64,000 bases of DNA from an uncultured Gammaproteobacteria bacterium (GTDB lineage: Bacteria > Patescibacteriota > Microgenomatia > UBA10105 > UBA927): contig CAZNKB010000005.1 of NCBI GenBank assembly GCA_964573695.1, forward strand, positions 46,012 through 110,011, in the 5' to 3' direction. The notes beneath the pieces were generated by a model that was not told the DNA's origin, did not search any database, and saw only the letters and a list, made by a program, of their open reading frames with translations. Position numbers and translations under genes: made by a program. Below are positions 27,769 to 37,231 of this stretch, piece by piece. Numbering within the stretch: the stretch's first letter is position 1; each line of letters begins with the position of its first letter.

Positions 27769-29061
27769 ATGAAATCCCTGCCATTTTCCAAAATACGTTC
27801 TGTTATTCTTGCTGTTTCCATTCTTATCCTCGTAGGCGGTTTCGGGTACAGATTGGGAGAGCGTAAAGCAACGCTTAACTTCGTCGATAAACGTCCGGTC
27901 ATAAATACTGCCGCCCCCGCTGGTACAAATGTAGATTTCAATCTTTTTTGGGATGTGTGGGGCAAACTCACCCGGTACTATATAGAACCCAAATCGATTG
28001 ACGTTCAGAAATTGGTATACGGGGCGATTTCCGGTATGGTAGCGGCGGTAGGAGATCCCTACACATCATTTTTTCCACCGCAGGAAAACAAGCAATTCAA
28101 AGAAGACTTGGGAGGTGAATTCGAAGGAATAGGGGCGCAGCTCGGGATGAAAGACGGAAGGGTCGTAATTATTTCCCCGCTCAAAGGCACCCCTGCGGAA
28201 GCAGCGGGTGTATTGCCAAACGACATCATTCTCAAAGTCGATGATGATGATACAGCGGGCTGGACTGTCGAGCAGGCGGTCAACAGAATCAGGGGACCCA
28301 AAGGCACCAAAGTACGCCTTACATTGCTTAGCATAGACTCTTCTGAGGGCCCTCATGAGATCAGTATTGTCCGAAATACTATCACCGTGCCTTCCGTGAC
28401 CTGGTGGGTAAGACCCGTGAATGCTATAGAGGAGATTTCTCAAGCGACAGAAGCGGCACAGATAAAAGCAAAATCAGGGAACACCAGAGTGGCGTATATC
28501 AACCTTACCAGGTTCGGAGACAACACGAATACAGATTGGAACAAGGCGGTTGATGAGATTCTGGCATCGGAGAAATCAGGAGGAAAACTTGCTGGATTAG
28601 TTTTGGACTTACGCAACAATCCGGGAGGATATTTAGACGGAGCCGTCTACATAGCGAGCGAATTTATAAAAAGCGGCACCGTAGTCTCGCAGGTCAATAG
28701 CGACGGCACCCGTCAGGATTATCCCACTGACCGCAAAGGCAGGCTTACGAATATGTCGATTGTCGTGCTCGTGAACAAGGGCAGCGCATCGGCCGCGGAG
28801 ATAGTTTCAGGGGCTCTTCGGGACAGTAAACGCGCTAAGCTCGTCGGGGAGACGACCTTCGGCAAAGGGACTGTGCAAACGCCTTTTGATTTGGCTTCGG
28901 GAAGCAGTGTTCACATTACCACAGGCAAATGGCTGTTGCCGGGTGGCGATTCTATCAGCGAAAAAGGATTAACTCCGGATCTTACCGTTTCCTTGGGTAC
29001 AGCATATTCCGCTACGTCAGATGCGCAACTTGCCAGGGCTATAGAGCTTCTCCTTCAGTAA
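27769..29061 (+). CDS. ctpA: Carboxyl-terminal processing protease (S41, CtpA-like)
   Basis: N-terminal TM segment, PDZ domain, and S41 catalytic region (GSASAAEIVSGAL...TTFGKGTVQ). Start at MKSLPF (27769), overlapping the rpsR stop (TAATG). Confidence 0.9.
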   Translation: MKSLPFSKIRSVILAVSILILVGGFGYRLGERKATLNFVDKRPVINTAAPAGTNVDFNLFWDVWGKLTRYYIEPKSIDVQKLVYGAISGMVAAVGDPYTSFFPPQENKQFKEDLGGEFEGIGAQLGMKDGRVVIISPLKGTPAEAAGVLPNDIILKVDDDDTAGWTVEQAVNRIRGPKGTKVRLTLLSIDSSEGPHEISIVRNTITVPSVTWWVRPVNAIEEISQATEAAQIKAKSGNTRVAYINLTRFGDNTNTDWNKAVDEILASEKSGGKLAGLVLDLRNNPGGYLDGAVYIASEFIKSGTVVSQVNSDGTRQDYPTDRKGRLTNMSIVVLVNKGSASAAEIVSGALRDSKRAKLVGETTFGKGTVQTPFDLASGSSVHITTGKWLLPGGDSISEKGLTPDLTVSLGTAYSATSDAQLARAIELLLQ

Positions 29062-29109
29062 TTTTTCAGTTTTGAACATTAACGTAGAGTATCGTATACT
29101 TTATCTATT

Positions 29110-30270
29110 ATGAAGATGCGTCAGGTGCTCATCATAACGGCAGCTCTCCTGTTATTGGTTGGCGGCAGTGTTTCCGCAGGCTGGTTGGGCCTGAATTGGA
29201 ATAAGGTCGATAAACTTTTTAAGTTACCCGGATCAGGAAGTTCCTCTATAAGTTTGCCCTCCGAAAGACTCAAAGTTGTAGAAGAGGAAAACGTCATAAC
29301 GGATGTCGTTGAACGCGTGTCACCGTCTGTCGTGACGGTAGGGGTATCCCAAACGAGGAGAATCGGGGATATTTTCCAGTTCGATCCGTTTGATCCCTCG
29401 TCTTCGGAATCGCTTCCCGGTAGAGGCTCGACGATTGAACAGGATATAGGAAGCGGTTTCGTCATAAGTAGCGACGGGTTGATCGTTACCAACAAACACG
29501 TTGTGTCGGTGCCCAACGCGAAATATCGCGTCATTACCAAAGACGACAAGTCCTATGATGTGGTTAAAATCTATCGCGATCCGGATAATGATCTGGCAAT
29601 TGTCAAAATCAATGCAACCGGACTCACTCCTGTCGAAATGGGAGATTCGGATAAGATAAAAGTCGGTCAAATGGCAATTGCCATAGGTACCGCATTGGGA
29701 GAATTCCGAAACACAGTCACCGTAGGAGTCATTTCCGGGGTCGGGCGGGGAATTACTGCCGGAGGCCCTTTTGACGGATCTGCAGAGAAGCTCGACAACG
29801 TTATCCAGACCGATGCAGCCATTAACCCCGGAAATTCCGGCGGACCATTGCTTAACTCATCCGGTCAGGTCGTGGGGGTAAATACTGCGGTGTCCTCACA
29901 GGGTCAAGGTATCGGGTTTGCTCTGCCTATAAGTGCTGTGAAGGATGCGGTAAATAACTTTAATACCACGGGTCAGTTTAACCGGCCGTTTATGGGAGTC
30001 GAATACCGCATGATTTCCCGGCAAATGGCCGTGCTAAACGAGATTCCTGAAGGGGCATACATTATGACCGTGGTTGAGGGGAGCCCTGCTGCCAAAGCGG
30101 GAGTGCAGGCTGAGGATATCATTACCAAAATCAACGGTGACAAACTGACAACCAACAACGACCTTGCAAAAATTGTCGGCAAGAAAAAGGCAGGGGATGT
30201 TATAAGTCTCACCATTTGGCGCAACGAGAAAGAAACAACCCTTACGGTGACCTTGGGAACCCAGGAATAA
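29110..30270 (+). CDS. htrA: HtrA/DegP-family serine protease with a PDZ domain
   Basis: Catalytic triad context TNKHVV, DLAIVKI, GNSGGPL. C-terminal PDZ domain. Confidence 0.9.
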   Translation: MKMRQVLIITAALLLLVGGSVSAGWLGLNWNKVDKLFKLPGSGSSSISLPSERLKVVEEENVITDVVERVSPSVVTVGVSQTRRIGDIFQFDPFDPSSSESLPGRGSTIEQDIGSGFVISSDGLIVTNKHVVSVPNAKYRVITKDDKSYDVVKIYRDPDNDLAIVKINATGLTPVEMGDSDKIKVGQMAIAIGTALGEFRNTVTVGVISGVGRGITAGGPFDGSAEKLDNVIQTDAAINPGNSGGPLLNSSGQVVGVNTAVSSQGQGIGFALPISAVKDAVNNFNTTGQFNRPFMGVEYRMISRQMAVLNEIPEGAYIMTVVEGSPAAKAGVQAEDIITKINGDKLTTNNDLAKIVGKKKAGDVISLTIWRNEKETTLTVTLGTQE

Positions 30271-30295
30271 TTTACCCGAAGTATACGAAGGGAAG

Positions 30296-30988
30296 TTATG
30301 AAGCGAGCATGGCTTCGGTAATCTTCGCCATTTTTCCTTCGATGATGTCTTCGAGATTATGCCAGGATTTGTTAATCCGGTGGTCGGTCACCCGATTTTG
30401 GGCGAAGTTGTACGTTCGGATTTTTTCACTCCGCATGCCCCTGCCGATAATGCTCCGCTGCTCGCTCATGGATTGTTCGCGCTGTAATAGTTCCCGTTCC
30501 CAGAGCCTTGCCCGTAGCATAGAGAGTGCGACTTGACGATTTTGATATTGGTCACGTTCTGTCTGGCACTGGACGACGATTCCGGTTGGTTTGTGTCGAA
30601 GACGTACAGCAGAGCTTACTTTGTTGACGTTTTGCCCTCCCTTCCCTCCGGCGCGATAGAAGTCCCATTCGACGTCCTCGGACTTGATATATACTTCGTT
30701 TTCCGGTATTTCCGGCAACACTGCTACAGTTGCAGTGGAGGTGTGTATGCGCCCGTGTCGTTCGGTAGCCGGTATTCGTTGTACGCGGTGTGTGCCGGCC
30801 TCATACTGTAACTTGGTGAATGCTTGTGTGCCCCGTATGCGTATAGCGAAGTCATCCAACTGTTCTACCTTCCAACCCAATATTCCTGCGTAACGGGAAT
30901 ACATCCGCATGAGATCGGCGGCCCAGATTTTTGCCTCTTCGCCACCGGGACCTGCACGGAACTCCAAAATAGCAATATCGGTATTCAT
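30296..30988 (-). CDS. Peptide chain release factor 1-like protein lacking the N-terminal domain 1
   Basis: PxT-type tripeptide motif ([14 protein letters not shown]) and GGQ motif ([10 protein letters not shown]). Begins at the equivalent of RF1 domain 2. Only 22 bp separate it from the upstream rpmE stop, so there is no room for domain 1. Confidence 0.8.
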   Translation of the reverse strand: MNTDIAILEFRAGPGGEEAKIWAADLMRMYSRYAGILGWKVEQLDDFAIRIRGTQAFTKLQYEAGTHRVQRIPATERHGRIHTSTATVAVLPEIPENEVYIKSEDVEWDFYRAGGKGGQNVNKVSSAVRLRHKPTGIVVQCQTERDQYQNRQVALSMLRARLWERELLQREQSMSEQRSIIGRGMRSEKIRTYNFAQNRVTDHRINKSWHNLEDIIEGKMAKITEAMLAS

Positions 30989-31010
30989 GGAAAAAAACAG
31001 CGATAAGGAG

Positions 31011-31310
31011 CTATTTAAGCCCCATTAACATTTCCTTGAGGGACTTCGGGGTCGTATCGCCTAAAGATTGCTGCTTTTTCTTTTTCTTGGAGACGTAGCC
31101 GCTGGTAGCTGCTTTTTTCTGCTTGCTTTGGAATTTTTCCACTCGTCCCATGGTATCGACAAAGCGCATCTCACCGGTGAAAAACGGGTGGCACTTGCCG
31201 CAGATTTCAACCTGGATTTTATCTTTGGTTGCTCCCACGGTAAACGTATTGCCGCATGCGCAGCTCACGACTGCCGCTTGGTACCATTTTGGATGAATAT
31301 CGGACTTCAT
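31011..31310 (-). CDS. rpmE: 50S ribosomal protein L31 with a Lys-rich C-terminal extension
   Basis: [10 protein letters not shown], and zinc ribbon CACGN...[10 protein letters not shown]. Confidence 0.9.
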   Translation of the reverse strand: MKSDIHPKWYQAAVVSCACGNTFTVGATKDKIQVEICGKCHPFFTGEMRFVDTMGRVEKFQSKQKKAATSGYVSKKKKKQQSLGDTTPKSLKEMLMGLK

Positions 31311-31368
31311 AGAGGACTATTATAGCAAAAAATCCGAACGACGTATAGTTAGGGATTGCGATACCGAA

Positions 31369-31397
31369 TTGACATATTATAGGATAAAATATATAAT
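31369..31397 (+). promoter_or_regulatory. Sigma70-like promoter (TTGACA, 17-nt spacer, TATAAT) 9 nt upstream of the ATG at 31407
   Basis: Consensus -35 hexamer at 31369-31374 and -10 hexamer at 31392-31397. Implies a very short or absent leader. Confidence 0.45.
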
Positions 31398-31406
31398 TTT
31401 TTACTT

Positions 31407-31745
31407 ATGCGTCTCACTGTTGTTCATAAGCCTTATCGCTCAGCAAAATTACGTTCAGTTGAAAGGGAGTACAATGCAGGTGAAGTGTTTCGTCATCCGA
31501 CATTGGGGAAAATATTGCTAGATGAGGATGGATTTTTGTATGCGAAAGTGCCGAATAAGCGTAGAACATCTTTTTCTTTATTTACCCGAGCATACGTTGA
31601 AGGAAAAGAAGTGAATGCAAATGTCGCGATTCCGAACGGAGGAGAGGTTAAATCAAATGTAGACACGAAGTACGGGTGGTTTGAAATCGCTGCACGTAAA
31701 ACTCGCAGAAGTTTAGCTTGGGTGAGTATTTTCGTTGAGAAATGA
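31407..31745 (+). CDS. Hypothetical protein
   Basis: 112-aa ORF downstream of a consensus promoter. No domain recognised. Confidence 0.4.
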   Translation: MRLTVVHKPYRSAKLRSVEREYNAGEVFRHPTLGKILLDEDGFLYAKVPNKRRTSFSLFTRAYVEGKEVNANVAIPNGGEVKSNVDTKYGWFEIAARKTRRSLAWVSIFVEK

Positions 31746-31750
31746 CGTCG

Positions 31751-32662
31751 CTAGGTGAATTTCTTTTTCCTTTCTGCAATTAATACCCCAGTTGCAATGA
31801 TAACTCCGCCAATAATGTATGATAAGGTGATCGATTCATGAAGCCATAGTACTGCCAAAACTGCGGCCCACAGCGGTTGAAGATAGGAGTAGAGGGCGGA
31901 CTGGGAAACCTCAATGGATTTCACTGCGATATTGCGCAATGAATACGCGACTGAACCGGACATGATCGCCATAAAAGCGACCCCTAAGTGCGCTTCCCAT
32001 GGGGCACTTATAAGCATTTGCCACGCAGTATGGGGGCTTTGTATGAGAAAAAGTGCGGGCAAGAATATGACAAATCCAATGATAAATTGTACCTGAGCGA
32101 CGAGTGTAGGAGCGGCGCCCTTTTTGATCGCTTCTTTACTCAAGAGCGCTCCGATGATGTCGGTAATTACCGCAAGCAGCATCAGCCCGTTTCCTTCTAG
32201 CTTTCCTAAGCTGTCCATGTGCCCATTCATGATGATCGGTCCGAATACAGTAAGTAGGGTGCCGAGTATGGCGATACTTATGCCCAATTTCTCGTTTTTG
32301 GTTATCCGGTCATGGAAAAATATCACTCCGCCCAGTACCAGAAACAAGGGTCCTGATGCCGTGATAAGGCTTCCCGAAAGTGCCGTAGTTTTATTGAGTG
32401 CCTCGAAAAACAAAAATAAAGAAAGTGGTGCCGAAATGATTCCCGTGAGCATAATAAGCCAGATGAGCGAGGCCTTTTTGGGGAGTGGTACGCCGGAAAA
32501 GGCGAGGTGGGGAAATGCAATCAGCGTACTTATGGCAAACCGGTAGGTCAGAAAAAGCCAGGGGTTAAACCATTGGAGTGTATTTTTGACGACTGGACTT
32601 GCTGCTCCCCAGATAAGTGACACAAGGAGAAGATAGGCGTAGGCAGTGGTACGGCGGTTCAT
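31751..32662 (-). CDS. EamA/DMT-family transporter
   Basis: Ten TM helices in two EamA repeats. Start taken at MNRRTTAYAY to avoid overlap with hisS. Confidence 0.75.
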   Translation of the reverse strand: MNRRTTAYAYLLLVSLIWGAASPVVKNTLQWFNPWLFLTYRFAISTLIAFPHLAFSGVPLPKKASLIWLIMLTGIISAPLSLFLFFEALNKTTALSGSLITASGPLFLVLGGVIFFHDRITKNEKLGISIAILGTLLTVFGPIIMNGHMDSLGKLEGNGLMLLAVITDIIGALLSKEAIKKGAAPTLVAQVQFIIGFVIFLPALFLIQSPHTAWQMLISAPWEAHLGVAFMAIMSGSVAYSLRNIAVKSIEVSQSALYSYLQPLWAAVLAVLWLHESITLSYIIGGVIIATGVLIAERKKKFT

Positions 32663-32675
32663 GGCAGTATGTGTG

Positions 32676-33887
32676 CTAATCCCTTGAGAATAATTTGGGA
32701 AGTTCAGCAAGTGATATCTCTTTTTGCTCCTTTGTTTTCATGTTTTTGAGTTTTACGAAGTCTTTTGCTGCTTCATCGGGCCCTTGGATCACGACGTAGG
32801 GGATAGCATTTTTGTCGGCGTACTTAAGCTGCTTTTCCAATTTGTCTGAGCCCGGATACAGATCTGCCGTCACGCCGGCGTTTCTGAGGGTTTTCGCTAT
32901 TTTTTGAGCATTGGATAGCAAATCTTTGGAAAATATGGTGATGAGCACCTGTCCTCCTACCGAGAGAGCGGGGATTAGCCCCATGATTTCCGCGGCTTCC
33001 AACGTGCGGTCGAAGCCAACAGCAAATCCGGTTCCACCAATGTCGCGGCCGGCAAGTTTTTCCAGTAAACCGTCGTATCGCTCTCCTCCAAGAACGGACA
33101 TATTGTACCCGGCATCAGGAATTTCGACTTCCCAAATAGGTCCCATGGAATACGAGAATGACCGTGCAATGGTCGGGTCAAATGCATACCAGTCATCAGA
33201 GAAGCCGTAGTTTTTAAGATATCGTAAAATAAACGCGATCTCCTCATTTGGTTGGAGATTTTTTACGTACGAGAGATATTCCCGTGCTTTCGTAAGCGCG
33301 ATCCCTTTGCGCTCCATTTCCTGTAACACGCCGTCATCGCCGATTTTTTTGATTTTGTCGATAGAGACAATTGCTTCGTAGGGCATGTCTTTAAATAGGG
33401 CACGGCTGTTTATCCTTACGACCGCACGCTTGAAGCCTAACTGTTTGTAGATCTCGAGTGAGAGTGCGATTGTTTCCGCATCGGCGTCAGGCGTTTTGAT
33501 GCCGAAGATATCGGCATCAACCTGAGTAAATTCGCGGTATCTGCCTTTTTGCGGCTTTTCACTGCGGAATGCGGGTTGGATCTGATACCGCTTGAAGGGG
33601 AAGGTGAGCTGGTTTTGGTATTGGGCTATCACACGGCACGTGGGGACCGTCTGGTCGTATCGAAGCGCGACGTCCCGTTCTCCCTGGTCCTTGAATTTAA
33701 AAAATAATTTTTCATCTTCTCCGATAGCACCCACAAAAATTTCCAACGGTTCCAACGTCGGTGTTTCGAGTGGTGAAAACCCCCAATTCTCACAGATTCC
33801 TGCGAGTTTATCCCGGAGCCATTTGCGTTTCGCCGCCTCCGGGGGCAAGAAATCCCGAAATCCTTTGAGAGGTAAAATAGTGTTCAT
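32676..33887 (-). CDS. hisS: Histidyl-tRNA synthetase
   Basis: Class II motifs (GFRDFLPPE, RYDQTVP, GGERYDGL) and a C-terminal anticodon-binding domain. Confidence 0.9.
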   Translation of the reverse strand: MNTILPLKGFRDFLPPEAAKRKWLRDKLAGICENWGFSPLETPTLEPLEIFVGAIGEDEKLFFKFKDQGERDVALRYDQTVPTCRVIAQYQNQLTFPFKRYQIQPAFRSEKPQKGRYREFTQVDADIFGIKTPDADAETIALSLEIYKQLGFKRAVVRINSRALFKDMPYEAIVSIDKIKKIGDDGVLQEMERKGIALTKAREYLSYVKNLQPNEEIAFILRYLKNYGFSDDWYAFDPTIARSFSYSMGPIWEVEIPDAGYNMSVLGGERYDGLLEKLAGRDIGGTGFAVGFDRTLEAAEIMGLIPALSVGGQVLITIFSKDLLSNAQKIAKTLRNAGVTADLYPGSDKLEKQLKYADKNAIPYVVIQGPDEAAKDFVKLKNMKTKEQKEISLAELPKLFSRD

Positions 33888-34906
33888 ACGATAGTGAGCT
33901 CCTTTTGCGATCGGGACAACGTGTATATCCCTTTATCCGTTAAGAGTACCAAATCTTCGATACGGATGCCATACGAGCCTTCGATATACACACCCGGTTC
34001 CACCGTGACGACCATGTCTGTTTTGAGAGTTTCCGGTTTTTTGACCGTTAGTCGGGGAGCCTCGTGGATATCGAGTCCTACCGCATGACCAAGCGAGTGT
34101 GGATACACTGGAAGGCCGGTCTGTACAATAATTCTTTGGGCAGCAGCGTCGAGTGTAGCTCCGTTGCGTTCACCTTTGGTGAGCATATCAATTGCTTTTT
34201 TGTTTGCCGCTAACACGGCATTATATGCATTGATCCATTCTGGTTTCGGGGATCCCAAAAATATGACGCGCGTCATATCTGCGCAGTACCCATTCACTTT
34301 CGCGCCAAAATCGAGAAGAATGAGAGATTTTTTGCGTAAGGGACTATTACCCCGAGATACATAGTGTGGCTGACTGCTGTTCGTGTTGAATGCGACAATA
34401 GGGGAAAATGCCAGATCCCCACCTTTGACTCTTAAATAACTTTCTATTTCCCACGCAAGGCGCGACTCGGTGATTCCGGGTTTTATCCGATTGAGTATGA
34501 ATGAGAAACACTGGTCGGTGACGGATGCAGCACGTTTGATGTATTGGATTTCCTGTTTGGTTTTTATCTCACGTAGTGCCTCGATTTTGTTTTTTGTCGG
34601 AGTAAGTGTAAATCCCGAGGCCACGAGCCGTGCGTATTCGGCGTAGGTCAGATTATCCGATTCGAATTCAATTTTTTGTACCGATATATCCGTGAGAGCC
34701 TGCGTAATCGGATATGCGGCAGAAAGGATAATAGGGGATAAGTGTTTGACCTGCTCGGCATAGAGTGAACTGGTAAAAAAATACGTAGTGGTACGTGTTA
34801 TAAGCACATATGCGTCGCGGTTTTCCACTCCGACAAATCCGGTCAAGTACCGGATATTTGTCGGGTTGGTGATCAAAAGACCGTCTTTTTCTATCGGTAC
34901 AATCAT
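33884..34906 (-). CDS. pepP: Xaa-Pro aminopeptidase (M24 family)
   Basis: M24 metal-ligand context (HSLGHAVGLDIHE...VEPGVY..G..GIRIED). 4-nt overlap with hisS. Confidence 0.85.
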   Translation of the reverse strand: MIVPIEKDGLLITNPTNIRYLTGFVGVENRDAYVLITRTTTYFFTSSLYAEQVKHLSPIILSAAYPITQALTDISVQKIEFESDNLTYAEYARLVASGFTLTPTKNKIEALREIKTKQEIQYIKRAASVTDQCFSFILNRIKPGITESRLAWEIESYLRVKGGDLAFSPIVAFNTNSSQPHYVSRGNSPLRKKSLILLDFGAKVNGYCADMTRVIFLGSPKPEWINAYNAVLAANKKAIDMLTKGERNGATLDAAAQRIIVQTGLPVYPHSLGHAVGLDIHEAPRLTVKKPETLKTDMVVTVEPGVYIEGSYGIRIEDLVLLTDKGIYTLSRSQKELTIV

Positions 34907-34924
34907 ATTTCTATTATATACTTT

Positions 34925-35152
34925 TTACGGCCTATTAATTTGCCTCTTCGCGTCTTGTTCGGCTTGCTTTAACATCAGACTGAATATCTTTATACCGTTT
35001 CTTTTTTGTTTCCGCGCAAATCTCCTTGCTTCCTGTATCTCTCCGGTCTCTAGCAACGATTGAAAATATTTTTGCCGTTCTTTGGATTCTGCTTGTGCTT
35101 GGGCAGCCTGCCGCGTTGATTCTGTATCCCCAAATTCTCCATAAAAAATCAT
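34925..35152 (-). CDS. Hypothetical small charged protein
   Basis: 75-aa ORF between pepP and the ammonia-lyase gene. Confidence 0.3.
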   Translation of the reverse strand: MIFYGEFGDTESTRQAAQAQAESKERQKYFQSLLETGEIQEARRFARKQKRNGIKIFSLMLKQAEQDAKRQINRP

Positions 35153-35171
35153 GTCATGCCACCTCCTTCCT

Positions 35172-36701
35172 TCATTTCATTTTTCCGATAATTTGCTCCG
35201 CTTTTTCGAGTACTTTGTAGGTACGTACAAGCGGCACAAGATTTTCGATATCCTTATAAAACGCCCGATCTTGCGTAATTGCGGGACTTACTGAACGTAC
35301 GAGTGCATAGACTCCCTGGAACGTCGGTGACGGTTTGATCGGTTTCCGAAATTCATACGCCTGGCAGGTAGCCAACAGTTGAATAGCAACGACTGCTTCG
35401 GTATTACGTATAATCTCTCGAGCTTTTCTGGCAGCAATAGTGCCAAATGAAACGTGATCTTCCTGATTGCCCGAGACGGGAATTGAATCCACGCTAGCGG
35501 GGCTGGCGAGAATTTTGTTTTCGGAAACAAGGGCAGCCTGCGTGTACTGGCTGATCATAAGGCCCGAATCCAGTCCGGCGCTTTTGACCAGGAACGCCGG
35601 TAAATCTTTGGAGCACGCCGGATCCATAAGATTATTGGTTTGCCGTTCAGAAATATTACCAAGGTCCGTGACGACAATCCCCAGTAAATCCTGTGTGTAT
35701 CCTATTGGCGCACCGTGAAAGTTAGCACCAGTTCGGCAGACTTTTTCCCGTGTAAAGAAAATCGGATTATCCGCAACCGAGTTCATCTCGATTTCCGTAA
35801 TTTTCCGCACGTAGTCCAGCGCGTCCCGCGCCGCTCCCGAAACCTGGGGGACCGAGCGCAAGGAATAAGCGTTTTGCACCTGTGCCTTAGGTTGCTTCAT
35901 GAGCTCACTGCCTTTGATAATGAGACGGATATTGGCCGCGACCGCGTTTTGCCCCTTATACGGCCGGACTTCGTTATATTCCTTGCTGTAGGCGCTTTCG
36001 ACGCAATTTAAAACGTCGATCGTCATACTACCGACGATCTCCAGTTGTTTGATGAGCCGCTCAGTGTCGTAAATATTAAGAGCTGCAATGGCCGTCATAA
36101 ACTGGCTGCCGTTCATGATTGCCAATCCTTCCCGATACGCAAGCGGTACCACGGGAATTCCGGCATTTTTCATGGCGATGTTACCGGGCATTATTTTCCC
36201 TTTGTAATAGGCTTTTCCTTCTCCTATGACGACCAATCCCATTTGTGATAAGGGAGCAAGATCTCCGGAGGTACCCACCGACCCCTTTTCGTAAAACACA
36301 GGGGTGACGCCCCGATTGAGCATCTCGACAAACGTAAGAAACAGTTTCGGGCGTAATCCGCTATAGCCCTTGGCAAAAACATTGAGCCGAAGCAGCAATG
36401 TCGCCCGCGCAGTTTCCTCATCTACCGGATTGCCGTATCCGGATGAGTGCGCGCGAAGCATGCGTGTAGAGAGTTCTCCTGCTTTATCCTTGGAAATTTT
36501 GACGTTGCCAAACCCTCCAATTCCGGTATTTAGTCCATACATGACATCCCCACGTTCAAGCATTTGCGCTATCGCATCCCAATTTTCCTGAATGCGCTTG
36601 ATGACAGTATTTGGGATGACTACGCGGGCACGCTTGCGTGCTACTTCCACCACGTCTTCAATGGTTAATCCGTCGCCGGATATCGTGATTTGTTTTTTCA
36701 T
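35172..36701 (-). CDS. hutH: Histidine/aromatic amino acid ammonia-lyase family enzyme (MIO-dependent, HutH-like)
   Basis: N-terminus typical of HAL. MIO-forming tripeptide region reads GTSGDLAPLSQ, that is Thr-Ser-Gly rather than Ala-Ser-Gly. Confidence 0.8.
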   Translation of the reverse strand: MKKQITISGDGLTIEDVVEVARKRARVVIPNTVIKRIQENWDAIAQMLERGDVMYGLNTGIGGFGNVKISKDKAGELSTRMLRAHSSGYGNPVDEETARATLLLRLNVFAKGYSGLRPKLFLTFVEMLNRGVTPVFYEKGSVGTSGDLAPLSQMGLVVIGEGKAYYKGKIMPGNIAMKNAGIPVVPLAYREGLAIMNGSQFMTAIAALNIYDTERLIKQLEIVGSMTIDVLNCVESAYSKEYNEVRPYKGQNAVAANIRLIIKGSELMKQPKAQVQNAYSLRSVPQVSGAARDALDYVRKITEIEMNSVADNPIFFTREKVCRTGANFHGAPIGYTQDLLGIVVTDLGNISERQTNNLMDPACSKDLPAFLVKSAGLDSGLMISQYTQAALVSENKILASPASVDSIPVSGNQEDHVSFGTIAARKAREIIRNTEAVVAIQLLATCQAYEFRKPIKPSPTFQGVYALVRSVSPAITQDRAFYKDIENLVPLVRTYKVLEKAEQIIGKMK

Positions 36702-36855
36702 AAACTATCCATTTCTCATCCGAAAAATAATGCGGATGGTTCTAGGGATAATTTATGGTTGAAGAAAAATTGTCAGCAGAACGACCCGCGTTATGTTATG
36801 CGGGTATGGTGGGGAAGCGATGAAGATATCACTATAGACGAGTTCATAAGCATGT

Positions 36856-36880
36856 CATCATGGTAACACGCTAATATGTC
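36856..36880. repeat. Direct repeat copy 1 (CATCATGGTAACACGCTAATATGTC), putative TrpR-like operator
   Basis: Matches the copy at 37196-37225 at 21 of 25 positions. Lies just downstream of the TrpR-like gene and about 155 bp upstream of the hutH-like start. Confidence 0.4.
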
Positions 36881-36885
36881 TAAAG

Positions 36886-37191
36886 TCAAGAGGTCTCTTT
36901 AAAGACGCGGGATGCGATCGTCCTGTAGCCACCCGTTCCGTTATTGAGCCACTGGGCTACTCTTGTGACAGTGGTCGTAGAAACACCCAGTGCTTTTGCA
37001 ATAGTAAGATAAGATTCTCCTCGCATTAAGCGTTTGACCATTTGCCAACGGCTTGCGAATTCTTCGAGTTCGGCAATAGTAAGTAAGTCGCGGAAAAAAT
37101 TAGCCGCTTCCTCTGATGAACGTATTGTTCGGATGGCTTCAAAAAGTTCCTTCATTGCATCAGAGGGGTAGGGAGCTGCTGCTTTTTTCAT
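36886..37191 (-). CDS. TrpR/YerC-family DNA-binding protein
   Basis: ELEEFASRWQMVKRL...YLTIAKALGVSTTTVTRVAQ, typical of the Trp-repressor-like family. ATG at 37191 (MKKAAAPY). Confidence 0.75.
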   Translation of the reverse strand: MKKAAAPYPSDAMKELFEAIRTIRSSEEAANFFRDLLTIAELEEFASRWQMVKRLMRGESYLTIAKALGVSTTTVTRVAQWLNNGTGGYRTIASRVFKETS

Positions 37192-37195
37192 ATGC

Positions 37196-37225
37196 CAGCA
37201 TGGTAACACGCCGATATGTGTTTCT
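37196..37225. repeat. Direct repeat copy 2 (CAGCATGGTAACACGCCGATATGTG) immediately upstream of the TrpR-like start
   Basis: See copy 1; positioned as an autoregulatory operator. Confidence 0.4.
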
Positions 37226-37231
37226 CAAGCG

